This document shows positions 39,145-49,677 of a DNA stretch of 64,000 nucleotides, piece by piece. The stretch comes from Chloroflexota bacterium (lineage in GTDB: Bacteria; Chloroflexota; Dormibacteria; CF-121): NCBI GenBank assembly GCA_034666565.1, contig JAXDLN010000119.1, positions 204,162 to 268,161 on the forward strand, given 5' to 3'. The position numbers and the translations under genes were made by a program. The notes beneath the pieces are model-generated. The model had not been told where the DNA came from, did not search any database, and saw nothing but the letters and a program-made list of their open reading frames with translations. The stretch's first letter is position 1. Each line of letters opens with the position of its first letter.

Positions 39145-41181
39145 TTACATCGGGTCGACGTCGAGGCTCCAGCCCCGGCCGCGCGGTAAGCCGTCTGCCG
39201 CACGGTGCAGATCGTCCCCTTTGAGGGTCACCTCGAAACGGAACTCGTCCTTGAGGCGATACACGAACGCGGGAGAGGGTCCGAGGACCTCGATGTCGCC
39301 CAAATTGAGCAGGGCGATTGTAGCACGCAGATGTTCGGCGGCCGTCTTCGCCTCGAGCTCGGCGCGGGCCTCGTCGCGATGCCCGTAGGTCGCCACGATC
39401 AGCTCGCCGAAGGGCGGGAATCGATAGGCGCGCCGGACCTCGAGCTCCTCGCGGTAGAAGCCCCGATAGTCGTGGTACCTGGCGTGCCGAATGGCGGGAT
39501 GCTCGGGCGTGTAGGTCTGGATGAACACCTGCGACGCGCCCGTCCCTCGCCCGGCCCGACCGGCGACCTGGGTCAGCAGGCTGAAGGTGCGCTCGGAGGA
39601 GCGGTAATCCGGGAAGTGCAGGCCGGTGTCAGCATTGATCACGCCAACGGTTGTGACGCGCGGAAGGTCGAGGCCTTTCGCCACCACCTGGGTGCCGACG
39701 AGGATGTCGGCGTCACCCGAAACCATGCGGTCAAAGACCAGGTCCGCCGCATCCGCGGTTTTCATCACATCACGGTCGAGCCGCAGCACCCGGGCTGCCG
39801 GAAACAACGTCTTGACCTCGTGCTCGACGCGTTCGGTGCCGATGCCGAAGCTCTTGATATAGCGGCTGCCGCACGCGGGGCAGCGCCGCGGCATCGGCTC
39901 GCTGCTGCCGCAATAGTGACACTGCAGCCGGTTCAGGCTGGCGTGGTAGACCAGGGCCACGCTGCAGTGCGGACACTCGCGCACCGCCCCACAATCGCGG
40001 CATAAGACGAAGGTCGCCAGGCCTCGCCGGTTGAGAAAGAGAATCGACTGCTCCTGGCGGGCCAGCGAGCCGCCGATCGCCGCCTGCAGTTCGCGGCTCA
40101 GCGGGCTGAACTGTTGCGCGGCGAGCTCGGTGCGCATGTCGACCACGCTGACCGGCGGCAAGGGACGTCCCTGCGCGCGGTGCGGGAGCTCGAGCAAGTG
40201 CTCCCGGCCCGAGAGCGCGGCGTAGTAAGTCGCCACGCTCGGCGTGGCGCTCCCGAGCACCAGCACCGACCGGGTCCGGCGCGCCAGCCAGCGCGCAACC
40301 GTCGGCGCGTGGTAGCGGGGCATCCGTTCCTGTTTGAAGGCCGACGATTCTTCCTCATCGATCAGGATCAAGCGCAGGCGCGGCAGCGGCGCAAACACCG
40401 CCGCGCGTGGCCCGATGACGATGTCGGCTTCGCCGCGGCGGATCCGCCACCACTCCGCCGCCCGTTCCGCTTCGGTCAAGCCGCTGTGCAGCACCGCAAG
40501 CCGACCCGGGAATCGCGCGGCGAAGCGCCCGACGGTCTGCGGCGTGAGCGCGATCTCGGGCACCAGCACCAGCGCCTGCCCTTCGGCGGCCAGCACTTCC
40601 TCGAGCAGCGCCAGGTAGACCTCGGTCTTGCCGCTCCCGGTGACGCCGTGCAACAGGAAGACCTCCGACTCCTGGCGGGCGATCGCGACGCTGATCCGTT
40701 CGCGCGCGGCCAGCTGCGCCGGCTCGAGCTGGATGGGGGCCGACACCGTCACTTCGTTTGCCTTCTGGAGGATTCGGCTCTGCCGGCGCCTCTTGACCGT
40801 CCGGCGGATGACGGCACGGACCCGGGGCGGGACGATGGCACGAATCACCTCGTCGAGAGGCACAAGGTAATACGCCGCGACGAAGCCGCCCAGCTCCACG
40901 AGGACCGCTGGCAACACCGGCTCGGCGTCGATCATCGCCTCGATCGGTTTCAGCTCCAGCACCGCCGGCGCCTGGTCCAGGGCATAGACGAACCCGGTTA
41001 CGGACCGCTTCCCGAAGGGCACCCGGACCCGGTGGCCGACCTCGATCAGCCCGATCAGCTCGGCCGGGACGGCGTAGTCGAAGAGGCCGCTGTGGCTGCC
41101 GACGCGCGCATCGACGGCGACCTGGGCGACCTGGCGAACCGCGGTGTCAGGCGCGGCGGTTGCGACAGGCATCAATGGCAT
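39145..41181 (-). CDS. priA: primosomal protein N' (PriA helicase)
   Basis: Helicase motifs (LHGVTGSGKTEVY, DEEES) and a cysteine-rich zinc-binding insert (CRDCG...CPHC...CHYCG). Confidence 0.9.
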   Translation of the reverse strand: MPLMPVATAAPDTAVRQVAQVAVDARVGSHSGLFDYAVPAELIGLIEVGHRVRVPFGKRSVTGFVYALDQAPAVLELKPIEAMIDAEPVLPAVLVELGGFVAAYYLVPLDEVIRAIVPPRVRAVIRRTVKRRRQSRILQKANEVTVSAPIQLEPAQLAARERISVAIARQESEVFLLHGVTGSGKTEVYLALLEEVLAAEGQALVLVPEIALTPQTVGRFAARFPGRLAVLHSGLTEAERAAEWWRIRRGEADIVIGPRAAVFAPLPRLRLILIDEEESSAFKQERMPRYHAPTVARWLARRTRSVLVLGSATPSVATYYAALSGREHLLELPHRAQGRPLPPVSVVDMRTELAAQQFSPLSRELQAAIGGSLARQEQSILFLNRRGLATFVLCRDCGAVRECPHCSVALVYHASLNRLQCHYCGSSEPMPRRCPACGSRYIKSFGIGTERVEHEVKTLFPAARVLRLDRDVMKTADAADLVFDRMVSGDADILVGTQVVAKGLDLPRVTTVGVINADTGLHFPDYRSSERTFSLLTQVAGRAGRGTGASQVFIQTYTPEHPAIRHARYHDYRGFYREELEVRRAYRFPPFGELIVATYGHRDEARAELEAKTAAEHLRATIALLNLGDIEVLGPSPAFVYRLKDEFRFEVTLKGDDLHRAADGLPRGRGWSLDVDPM

Positions 41182-42349
41182 CCCAGATCCGTCCGGCTAC
41201 CTCCCGCTTGGGCAGCCGCGGGACCTCAGCCACGACACCCGATGGCGCCACGATCGTCACGGCGTTGAAGTCACTGGCGAGGCCCTGGCCGTCGACGCCC
41301 ACCATGTTGGCGACGACCATGTCCAGGTCCTTGGCGTTCAACTTCTGTTGCGCCTGGGAGCGCAGATCTTCCGTCTCCGCCGCGAAGCCCACCCGGAACA
41401 ATCCGGGGCGGCGCCCAAGCGATTTCAGGATGTCGACGTTCGGCCGCAGGTGAAGGTCTATCGGCGTGTCGGTTCGCCGGAGCTTCGAAGCCGCAACCGT
41501 GTCCGGCGCGTAGTCGGCCACGGCCGCCGCCATCACCAGGACGTCCGCCCCATTCGTGGCCTGCTCGAGCGCCGCCAGCATCTCCCTCGCGCTGCCGACC
41601 GCGACCTCGTCGATGCCCTCGGGGCTGGTGGCCACGGTCGTGACCAGGGTGACCGCCGCGCCGCGGGCGGCCGCCACTTCGGCCAGAGCGCGCCCCATCT
41701 TGCCGCTGGAAAAGTTTCCGACGTAGCGCACCGGGTCGACCGCCTCGCGGGTCCCGCCGGCGCTGACCACGACGCGGAGCCCATCGAGGGTGCGGCGGTT
41801 CGTGAGCACCGCCTCGAGGACGGCGACGATGCGCTCAGCTGAAGCTAACCGACCCACGCCAAACTTCCCCGACGCCAACCGGCCGCTCACCGGCTCGACG
41901 ATCACGGCATGCCGCGACTGCAGCGCCGCCAGGTGATCCTGCGTCTGCGGGTGCGTGAACATCAGGTCGTTCATCGCCGGGGCGATCACGAGCGGCGCGC
42001 GGCTCGCGAGCACTGTCCCCGACACGATCTCATCGGCGATGCCGAGGGCCAGCTTGGCGATCGTGTTGGCGGTGGCCGGCACGACGGCGATGACCTCCGC
42101 CCACTCCGCCAGCTTGATATGCGTTTCCCCACCGCCGGTCGCGGCGAGCCAATCGGCGGCGACCGGATGGCCCGACAGCGCCTCAAAGGTGAGGGGCGTC
42201 ACGAAGCGCGTCGCCTCCGGCGTCATCAGGACCCGCACCTCGGCGTCGGCTTCAGTCAATAGACGGATGGACTCGATCGCCTTGTAGGCCGCGATTCCGC
42301 CGCTGACCGCGACACCGACCCGGCGGCCACTCATCCGGACGGCGCTCAT
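41147..42349 (-). CDS. coaBC: bifunctional phosphopantothenoylcysteine decarboxylase / phosphopantothenate--cysteine ligase
   Basis: N-terminal flavoprotein (GVAVSGGIAAYKA) and C-terminal CoaB domain. Confidence 0.9.
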   Translation of the reverse strand: MSAVRMSGRRVGVAVSGGIAAYKAIESIRLLTEADAEVRVLMTPEATRFVTPLTFEALSGHPVAADWLAATGGGETHIKLAEWAEVIAVVPATANTIAKLALGIADEIVSGTVLASRAPLVIAPAMNDLMFTHPQTQDHLAALQSRHAVIVEPVSGRLASGKFGVGRLASAERIVAVLEAVLTNRRTLDGLRVVVSAGGTREAVDPVRYVGNFSSGKMGRALAEVAAARGAAVTLVTTVATSPEGIDEVAVGSAREMLAALEQATNGADVLVMAAAVADYAPDTVAASKLRRTDTPIDLHLRPNVDILKSLGRRPGLFRVGFAAETEDLRSQAQQKLNAKDLDMVVANMVGVDGQGLASDFNAVTIVAPSGVVAEVPRLPKREVAGRIWDAIDACRNRRA

Positions 42350-42936
42350 ACCGGCGTTTGCCGGCGGGCGTGCTCGGCGGCGATCATGGCCAGGATCTCG
42401 CGCGCCGTTTCGTCAATATCACGATTGCACACCACGTGCTCGTAGTCTTTCGCCAGGCCGAGCTCGATCAGCGCCTCTCGCTGCCGGATCGCGAGCGCCT
42501 GGGGTGATTCGGTATTGCGGCCGGTCAGGCGGCTCAGCAGCTCGTCGGTCGACGGCGGCGTGATGAAGATGAACAGCCCATCAGGTTTGCGCTTGCGGAC
42601 GAAGGTCGCACCGTGGACATCGATCTTGAGAATGATGTCCTCGCCCCGGTTGAGCGCCTCCTCGACGCGGCGGCGGGACGTGCCGTAGTACTCGTCGTAG
42701 ACCTTGGCCCACTCCAGAAACTCTTTCTGTTCGATCAGCCGAAGGAATTCCGGCTGAGACACGAAGGTGTAGCTGTGGCCATCGACCTCACCCGGGCGCG
42801 GCGCCCGCGTCGTGTACGACACCGAGTACTTGAGGTGGGGCGCCAGCTCGAACAGGCACCGCAAAACGGTATCCTTCCCCACTCCGCTTGGACCGGAGAT
42901 CACGATCAAGAGCCCCTGCTTGGGCTGGGTCATCTG
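42346..42936 (-). CDS. gmk: guanylate kinase
   Basis: Start at MTQPKQGLLIVISGPSGVGKDTV (P-loop). The track ORF adds 33 spurious codons. Confidence 0.9.
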   Translation of the reverse strand, partial: QMTQPKQGLLIVISGPSGVGKDTVLRCLFELAPHLKYSVSYTTRAPRPGEVDGHSYTFVSQPEFLRLIEQKEFLEWAKVYDEYYGTSRRRVEEALNRGEDIILKIDVHGATFVRKRKPDGLFIFITPPSTDELLSRLTGRNTESPQALAIRQREALIELGLAKDYEHVVCNRDIDETAREILAMIAAEHARRQTPV

Positions 42937-43124
42937 ATCACCGCATTTTAGGCTGAGCCTGCCGGCCGGACGCCGCAGCTTGGGATGTGGCGTGAGATGA
43001 GCCCAAGGCGGCGACGAGCACCGCAGCGAGCGCACCCGTTGGTGCGTGAGCGAGGCGCGGAGGAGCCAACGCAGGGATCACTCGCGCCACGCCCAAGATG
43101 CAAGTCCGGTTCGGCAGGTTCAGC

Positions 43125-44027
43125 CTAATGTTGGGCCAGCGAATTCCATGCCAATTCGAAATCTTCCGGCGGTGGGGCCTCCCAGGTCATCGATATCCCG
43201 GTTCGTGGGTGGCGGAGGGTGAGGGCCTCGGCATGGAGCGCCGGTCGGGCAATCAACGCCGAACGGCGGCCGTAGACAGGATCGCCCAGCACCGGGTGAT
43301 GGATATAGGCAAGGTGAACGCGGATCTGGTGGGTGCGGCCGGTGCCAAGGGTTACCGCGAGCAGCGAGTGACCGTCCGCCACCTCGAGTCGCCGGAACTC
43401 GGTGATGGCCTCGCGGCCGCCGGGAACCACCGCCATCCGCTGCCGGTTCTTCGGGTCGCGGGCGATGGCAGCCTCGATCCGGGCCGCCTCATCCGCCACT
43501 TCGCCGACCACGATCGCGCGGTAGCGGCGCGTCATGATGCGCTCCTGCAACTGGCGAGCCAGCTCACGGTGCGCCTGGTCGTGGCGTGCGACCACCATCA
43601 GGCCGGAGGTGTCGCGGTCGAGCCGGTGCACGATGCCCGGTCGCTCCACACCGCCAATCGTCGACCAGCCGGGAGCGCGGCCGAGCAACCCGTGCACCAG
43701 CGTGCCGGTCGAATGGCCAGGGCCGGGATGGACCACCAGCCCCGCCGGCTTGTCGATCACGAGCAGGTCCTCGTCCTCGTAGACCACGCGGAGATCCATC
43801 GGCTCGGCTACGAGCTGGGTCCGCACCGTGGCCGGCACCTCCCAGCTGAGGCGATCACCGGCGTGCAGCTTGCTCGCCGCCCGCGCCGGCCCGTCGTTGA
43901 GGCGAACGTGCCCGTCGACGATCAATCGATGCACCTGGCTGCGGCTCTGTCCCGAGAGAAGCCCGGCCAGGTATTGATCGAGTCGAGGGGCGTCGGCCGA
44001 GACGGTGTGCTGGGCCGCCTCGCTCAA
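43125..44027 (-). CDS. rluD: RluA/RluD-family 23S rRNA pseudouridine synthase
   Basis: N-terminal S4 domain and catalytic HRLDRDTSGLMVVA. Confidence 0.85.
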   Translation of the reverse strand: MSEAAQHTVSADAPRLDQYLAGLLSGQSRSQVHRLIVDGHVRLNDGPARAASKLHAGDRLSWEVPATVRTQLVAEPMDLRVVYEDEDLLVIDKPAGLVVHPGPGHSTGTLVHGLLGRAPGWSTIGGVERPGIVHRLDRDTSGLMVVARHDQAHRELARQLQERIMTRRYRAIVVGEVADEAARIEAAIARDPKNRQRMAVVPGGREAITEFRRLEVADGHSLLAVTLGTGRTHQIRVHLAYIHHPVLGDPVYGRRSALIARPALHAEALTLRHPRTGISMTWEAPPPEDFELAWNSLAQH

Positions 44028-44464
44028 GCGCGCCGCGACCGGCCGCTCCGCCAGACGGTGCCGATCAGGAGCACGGCGACCCCGACGGTGATCGCCGAGT
44101 CGGCCACGTTGAAGATCGGCCAGTGCGGCACCTGGATGAAATCGACGACGGAACCCTTGACGCCCCGATCGTAGGCGTTCGCGATGGCGCCTCCGAAGAC
44201 GAGCGCCAGGCCCAAGCGGGCGGGCCAGTCGCCCGTGGGCAATCGCCCGTAATAGAAAAGGATGGCGATCATGACCAGCACCGAGATCAGAACGAAGCCG
44301 AGGGTGAAGTTCTGAAAGAGGCCGAAGGCCGCGCCGGCGTTGCGGGTCACCGTGAGGTACAGCACGTGGTCGACGACCTGCCGTGGTCCATAGGGAACGC
44401 CGAAGTGACGCTCCACGTAGATCTTCGTGATGCGGTCCACGATGACAACGACGGCGGCGATCAC
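44024..44464 (-). CDS. lspA: lipoprotein signal peptidase II
   Basis: NAGAAFG and FNVADSAI motifs, four TM segments. Confidence 0.9.
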   Translation of the reverse strand: MIAAVVVIVDRITKIYVERHFGVPYGPRQVVDHVLYLTVTRNAGAAFGLFQNFTLGFVLISVLVMIAILFYYGRLPTGDWPARLGLALVFGGAIANAYDRGVKGSVVDFIQVPHWPIFNVADSAITVGVAVLLIGTVWRSGRSRRA

Positions 44465-44493
44465 CGCCAGCAGCCAGTAGCTACGGAGCCGGG

Positions 44494-47379
44494 TCAGCGC
44501 GCCGCCACCCGGACGACGCTCACCTTGAGGTCGTGCCCTTCGATCTGCAGCAGTTCGGTGGAGGCGTCGTCGGGGGCCTGGCCACGCGCCACCGCCACCG
44601 CCAGCGTTTCCGTGGCGATGTAGTCGCGCCAGCGCTCGAGCGCCTCGGCGAGGATCCCGTCCCCGTTGTAGAACAGACGGATCCGGTCCTCGACCGAGAA
44701 GCCGGACTGCTTGCGCAACTCCTGGATCTTGCGCACCAGGTCACGGGCCAGGCCCTCCAGCTTGAGCTCGGGACTGATCTCGGTGTCGAGCGTGAGGCCG
44801 CCGCCTTCGCCCTGGTAGCGGGCCGCCTTGATGTTGAGCTCTTCCAGCAGAATGCTTTCCAGTTCCGGCTTGAGCGGCTTCTCGGCGATCGTGACCGCCC
44901 TCAGCGGCTGGCGCACCTTGATGCCGGCAGCGTTCCGCGCCGCGAGGCCAGTGACGACAAGACGCCGCACGGCCGACATCTGTCGCCGCAACTCGTCGTC
45001 GGCCCACTCGGACGGGACGGTTGGCCAATCCGTCAGATGCACGCTCTCTGCCCGCCCGTTTTTGCCGGCGGCCAGGTTCTGGTAGATCGTTTCCGAGATG
45101 AATGGCATGAAAGGCGCGAGCATCTGGCTCAGCGCGACCATGACCTGGTACAGCGTCTGGTAGGCGCTGCGCTTGTCGGCATCGGATTCTGATTTCCAGA
45201 AGCGGCGGCGGGACCGTCGCACGTACCAGGTGGACAGGTCGAGGACGAACGCCTCCAGCCGCCGCGCCGAACCGTTCGGATCGTAAGCGTCGAGGGCGCC
45301 TTCGACCTCTTTGGTAACGGCGGCGAGCTCGGCCAACAGCCAGCGGTCCAGCATGGCCCGTTCCGCGAGTGGCATGGGCTCCCCGCCGGGTTCGAAACCG
45401 TCAAGGCGGGCGTAATTGGCGAAGAACGCGTACGTGTTCCACAAGATGAGCAGGAAGCGGCGCACGACATCCTGGACGCCGCCGATGTCGAAGCGGTATT
45501 CGTTACCGACCGCGACCGAGGCGTAGAAATACCAGCGGGTCGCGTCGGCGCCGAATTTCGACATGATCTCGATCGGGTCGACCGTGTTCTTGAGCGACTT
45601 GCTCATCTTCCGGCCCTGCTTGTCGAGCACCAGGTTGGTACAGATCACATTCTTGTAGGCCGACTGATCGAAGAGCATGGTGCCCTCCGCCAGCAAGCTG
45701 AAAAACCAGCCGCGCGTCTGGTCGAGGCCCTCGGCGATGAAGTCGGCGGGGAAACGCGCTTTGAACACGTCCTGATTCTCGAAGGGATAGTGGAACTGCG
45801 CCATCGGCATGGCGCCGGAATCGAACCAGACGTCGATCAGGTCGGGCACGCGACGCATCACCCCGCCGCATTTCTGGCAGGGCAGCGTCACCCGGTCGAT
45901 GTAGGGACGGTGCAAATCGGCCTCGAGCGTCAGGCCCAGCTCGGCGACCGATCCGACGCAGCGCCGCTCATCGCATTTCTCGCACTTCCACACCGGCAAC
46001 GGGGTTCCCCAATACCGCCATCGGGACAGTGACCAGTCAACCAGCGATTCGAGCCAGTTGCCCATGCGGCCCGTCTTGATGTACGCGGGCACCCAGTTGA
46101 TCGCGTTGTTGTTGCGGATCATCTGGTCCTTCACCGCTGTGGTCTTGATGAACCATGACGTGACCGCGTAGTACAGCAGTGGCGATCCGCAGCGCCAGCA
46201 GAACGGATAGGTGTGGCGGATGGTCTCCGCGCGATACATCAGGCCCCGCGAGGTAAGGTCCTCGATGATCTTGGGATCAGCCTTTTTCACGAACAGCCCG
46301 GCGAACGGCGTGACTTCGGGCAGGAATCGACCCTGCAGGTCGACGACATGCCGGACCGGGATCCCTTTCCTCAGGGCGAGGTCGAGGTCGTCGACGCCGT
46401 ACGCCGCCGCCGTGTGGACGATGCCGGTGCCATCTTGGGTCGACACAAAGTCCGCGTCGACGACGAAGAAAGCGGGTTTGTCGGGCAGCAGGTACTCGTA
46501 AAGCGGCTTATAGCGCTTGCCCAGGAGGCTCCTGGCATCGACGTCGGCCTCGACCTCATAGTCGCCCTGGAGGACAGAGAGCCGGGCCTTGGCCAGGATG
46601 TAGCGCTGCTTGCCCTGGCGCACCCGAACATAGGGGATGTCGAGCCCCACGGCGAGCGCTACATTACCGGGGAGCGTCCAGGGGGTCGTCGTCCAGGCGA
46701 GGAAGTAGGTGTTCGCTTCGTCTTCGAGCTCGAACTTCACGTAGACGGACGGGTCCTCGACGTCATCCTTGTAGCCGCCCGGCAATCCGAGCTCGTGGCT
46801 TGACAGCGGCGTCATGTCGTGCGGGCAGTAGGGGACGACCTTGAAGCCCTCATAGAGCAGCTCCTTGTCCCATAGCTGTTTGAGGACCCACCACACGGTC
46901 TCCATGTAGGAGGTGTCGTAGGTCCGGTAGGCGTGCTCGAGATCGACCCAGAAGCCCATCTGCTCGGTCATCTCGGCCCATTCGTTGATGTACTTGAAGA
47001 CACTCTCCCGGCAGAGCTTGTTGAACGCCTCGACCCCGTAGCGCTCGATGTCCTGTTTGCCGTTCAGTTTCAGTTGCTTCTCGACCTCAATTTCCACCGG
47101 CAGACCGTGCGTGTCCCAGCCGCCTTTGCGCTCCGAGTAGAAGCCGCGCATGGTCTTGTAGCGTGGAAACAGGTCCTTCATCGCGCGCGCAAGCACGTGA
47201 TGAATGCCGGGAAGGCCGTTCGCGGTGGGCGGACCTTCGTAGAAGACGAAGGGCGGCTTGCCCTCGCGCTGCTTGACGCTACGGGCGAAGATGTCCCGGT
47301 CCTTCCAGAAGCGGCGCACCTCGGCTTCCATATCGGGGAAGCTGGCGCGCGTCGAGACTTCGGCAAACATAGTCGCCAA
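44494..47379 (-). CDS. ileS: isoleucine--tRNA ligase
   Basis: PTANGLPGIHH (HIGH) and GRKMSKSLKN (KMSKS) motifs, 961 aa. Confidence 0.95.
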   Translation of the reverse strand: MATMFAEVSTRASFPDMEAEVRRFWKDRDIFARSVKQREGKPPFVFYEGPPTANGLPGIHHVLARAMKDLFPRYKTMRGFYSERKGGWDTHGLPVEIEVEKQLKLNGKQDIERYGVEAFNKLCRESVFKYINEWAEMTEQMGFWVDLEHAYRTYDTSYMETVWWVLKQLWDKELLYEGFKVVPYCPHDMTPLSSHELGLPGGYKDDVEDPSVYVKFELEDEANTYFLAWTTTPWTLPGNVALAVGLDIPYVRVRQGKQRYILAKARLSVLQGDYEVEADVDARSLLGKRYKPLYEYLLPDKPAFFVVDADFVSTQDGTGIVHTAAAYGVDDLDLALRKGIPVRHVVDLQGRFLPEVTPFAGLFVKKADPKIIEDLTSRGLMYRAETIRHTYPFCWRCGSPLLYYAVTSWFIKTTAVKDQMIRNNNAINWVPAYIKTGRMGNWLESLVDWSLSRWRYWGTPLPVWKCEKCDERRCVGSVAELGLTLEADLHRPYIDRVTLPCQKCGGVMRRVPDLIDVWFDSGAMPMAQFHYPFENQDVFKARFPADFIAEGLDQTRGWFFSLLAEGTMLFDQSAYKNVICTNLVLDKQGRKMSKSLKNTVDPIEIMSKFGADATRWYFYASVAVGNEYRFDIGGVQDVVRRFLLILWNTYAFFANYARLDGFEPGGEPMPLAERAMLDRWLLAELAAVTKEVEGALDAYDPNGSARRLEAFVLDLSTWYVRRSRRRFWKSESDADKRSAYQTLYQVMVALSQMLAPFMPFISETIYQNLAAGKNGRAESVHLTDWPTVPSEWADDELRRQMSAVRRLVVTGLAARNAAGIKVRQPLRAVTIAEKPLKPELESILLEELNIKAARYQGEGGGLTLDTEISPELKLEGLARDLVRKIQELRKQSGFSVEDRIRLFYNGDGILAEALERWRDYIATETLAVAVARGQAPDDASTELLQIEGHDLKVSVVRVAAR

Positions 47380-47394
47380 ATTCTAGTGGCTCGA

Positions 47395-47649
47395 TCAGCC
47401 GAGGAACTGGCCGAGCACGTAGAGCACCGCGATCGCAATCATGGGCGAAAAGTCGACGCCGAGGCCGGTGGGAACCACCCGGCGGACTGGACCCAGGATC
47501 GGTTCGGTGACATCCACCAGGAATCCCATCACCGTGCCGTGGTAATCGCGGATGAACCACGACGCTGCCGCGCGCACAAAGATGGCAAAGATGAACAGGT
47601 AAATCAAGACCTGCGCGAAGGTGTGGAGGTAATTGATGGCGGTATGCAA
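47395..47649 (-). CDS. yggT: YggT-family membrane protein
   Basis: 84 aa, two TM segments. Conserved position after yggS in Gram-positive dcw-distal clusters. Confidence 0.75.
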   Translation of the reverse strand: MHTAINYLHTFAQVLIYLFIFAIFVRAAASWFIRDYHGTVMGFLVDVTEPILGPVRRVVPTGLGVDFSPMIAIAVLYVLGQFLG

Positions 47650-47656
47650 GAGAAGT

Positions 47657-48334
47657 TCAGCGCGGTCCGAAGAGCGCGCGGCCCAATCGTAGCATCGTGG
47701 CGCCCTCCTCTATGGCGATCGGGAAATCGTCCGTCATCCCCATCGAGAGGACCGGGAGTGGCGCGCCCAGTTGCTGACTCGTGGCGTCGCGCAGCGACCG
47801 CAGTGCCCGGAAAACTGGCCGTACCTGCTCGCGATCGTTCACGATGGGCGCCACCGTCATCAATCCCCGGAGCCGCAAATGCTGCGCCGCATTGACGGTG
47901 CGGGCCACCGCCGGCAGGTCCCCCGGCAACGCTCCGGTCTTCTGTGGTTCTTCCGCCACGTTGACCTCGATCAGGACATCGAGGGGCGACTCGAGGCGGT
48001 GGTCGAGCGCCTCAGCCAGGCCGACGCTGTCGACCGACTGCACCATCCGAAAGCGGCCTTCGATGAACTTGACCTTATTCGTCTGGAGGTGGCCGATCAG
48101 GTGCCAGTCGAGATCGGCAGGACCGATCTCCTCGATCTTAGGCAGTGCCTCCTGCACCCGGTTTTCGCCAAATTGCCTGAGCCCGAACCCGATCGCCTCA
48201 CGAATCCGTTCGACCGGCAATGTCTTGGTGACCGCGACCAGCACGATCTCTGCGGGATCGCGCCCGGCGCGCTCGGCACTTTGGGTGATGGCCTGGCGGA
48301 CGCCTCGGAGAGCTGCCTCCAGGGAGTCAGGCAT
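47657..48334 (-). CDS. yggS: YggS/PLPBP family pyridoxal-phosphate homeostasis protein
   Basis: VLVAVTKTLPVERIREAIGFGLRQFGENRVQE matches the YggS lysine region. Confidence 0.85.
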   Translation of the reverse strand: MPDSLEAALRGVRQAITQSAERAGRDPAEIVLVAVTKTLPVERIREAIGFGLRQFGENRVQEALPKIEEIGPADLDWHLIGHLQTNKVKFIEGRFRMVQSVDSVGLAEALDHRLESPLDVLIEVNVAEEPQKTGALPGDLPAVARTVNAAQHLRLRGLMTVAPIVNDREQVRPVFRALRSLRDATSQQLGAPLPVLSMGMTDDFPIAIEEGATMLRLGRALFGPR

Positions 48335-48337
48335 CGA

Positions 48338-49069
48338 TCACGGTGCGACCACCACCGAGAGGAAGCGGCCCACCCGACCGCCGCGGTGGGAAAACCACCG
48401 GTCCTGTTCGCGGCTGCACCAACCGGCCGCTCGGATTCGCGCAGGAGCCACGCCGGCGTCTTCGAGCTGTAGCCGCAGCACGGCCTCCAGGTCCAGGCGG
48501 ACCTCCCCGCGGTCCGACGCGAGGTACCGATCCTCTCGGCCGTAGCGCGCCGAAAACTGCTGCGCGAGCTCGTCGCCAACCTGGTAGCAGCGTCCACAAA
48601 TCCCGGGCCCGATCAAGACATCGATCTGGCCAGACCAGGAGCCGTAGGCGGCCTGAAGCGTCTGCACGGTTTTGGTGGCGACCCCCGCGAGCGCTCCGCG
48701 CCAGCCGGCATGTGCGCCGGCGACCACCGCGCGACCGGTGTCCACAAAGAGCAGTGGGAAACAGTCGGCGTGGTAGGTCACGATGGCCTGGCCTGGAACG
48801 TCGGTCGCCAGGGCATCCGTCGAGAAGACGCACTGGCCCCCCTCAGGTTGCCGGCGGTGAAAGGTGGCGACGTTCGCGCCGTGCTCCTGCACCGTCATCA
48901 GCGCCCGGTCGAGGTCGAATCCCACGTGTTCAGCGAGTTGCTGCCGACGTTGGACGACAGCCTCGGGATCAGCCGCGCCGGTAAGTCCCATCGAGCCGAG
49001 CGCCACGGTGCTGAAGCCGTGTCGCGCCGGAAAGCCAGCGACGCTGAGGACGGTGTCGAGCCCCACCAC
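48338..49069 (-). CDS. pgeF: YfiH/PgeF family (DUF152) purine nucleoside phosphorylase / peptidoglycan editing factor
   Basis: HADCFPLLF, AGWRG and CGRCYQVG motifs. Confidence 0.8.
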   Translation of the reverse strand: MVGLDTVLSVAGFPARHGFSTVALGSMGLTGAADPEAVVQRRQQLAEHVGFDLDRALMTVQEHGANVATFHRRQPEGGQCVFSTDALATDVPGQAIVTYHADCFPLLFVDTGRAVVAGAHAGWRGALAGVATKTVQTLQAAYGSWSGQIDVLIGPGICGRCYQVGDELAQQFSARYGREDRYLASDRGEVRLDLEAVLRLQLEDAGVAPARIRAAGWCSREQDRWFSHRGGRVGRFLSVVVAP

Positions 49070-49078
49070 CGAGTCGGG

Positions 49079-49543
49079 TCAGCCTCGCTTTTCGCGGCTG
49101 AGCAGCTGGTCGATCTCGTGCTTGACCTCCTGGAGGTCCATGAACGAGCGGTAGACGGAGGCAAAGCGGATGTAGGCCACTTCGTCGAGGCCACGGAGCT
49201 TATCCATCACCAGCTCGCCGACTTCGCGGGACGGAATGTCAACCTTGCCCCGGGTTCGCAGCTCGGCCTCGATCTCGTCCACCACCCGTTCGATGGTGCC
49301 GTGCGAGATCTCGCGCTTGGTGGTGGCCTTCATCAGCCCGCTGAAGAGCTTCTGGCGATCGAAGTCCTCTCGCCGGCCGTCCTTCTTCATCACGTAGAGC
49401 GGCACCGTCTCGATCCGCTCGTAGGTGGTGAAGCGCTTGGTGCACTGCAGGCACTCCCGGCGGCGGCGGATCGACTCGCCGGTATCCGAGTCCCTGGAGT
49501 CGACCACCTTCAGGTCGATGTGACCACAATATGGGCACTTCAT
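49079..49543 (-). CDS. nrdR: transcriptional repressor NrdR
   Basis: MKCPYCGH...CLQCTKRFTTYE zinc ribbon plus ATP-cone. Confidence 0.92.
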   Translation of the reverse strand: MKCPYCGHIDLKVVDSRDSDTGESIRRRRECLQCTKRFTTYERIETVPLYVMKKDGRREDFDRQKLFSGLMKATTKREISHGTIERVVDEIEAELRTRGKVDIPSREVGELVMDKLRGLDEVAYIRFASVYRSFMDLQEVKHEIDQLLSREKRG

Positions 49544-49677
49544 CTCAGGCCAGTATCCCAGATCTTGTGGTCATCACCGGGCGTCGCCCGACGCGAGTGG
49601 CGCGGGACGTGCCAGACGAGCGTTTGAGACGTTTGGACGAGGGCGAGGAGCGGGAAGGGGGCGCTCCTCGCCAGAGG

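Noticed and set aside
40114-41268. 384-aa plus-strand ORF
   Set aside because: Antisense to priA.
44465-47394. T-box leader upstream of ileS (and argS)
   Set aside because: Only 15 nt separate yggT from ileS and 0-10 nt separate htrA from argS, so there is no room for a T-box riboswitch.
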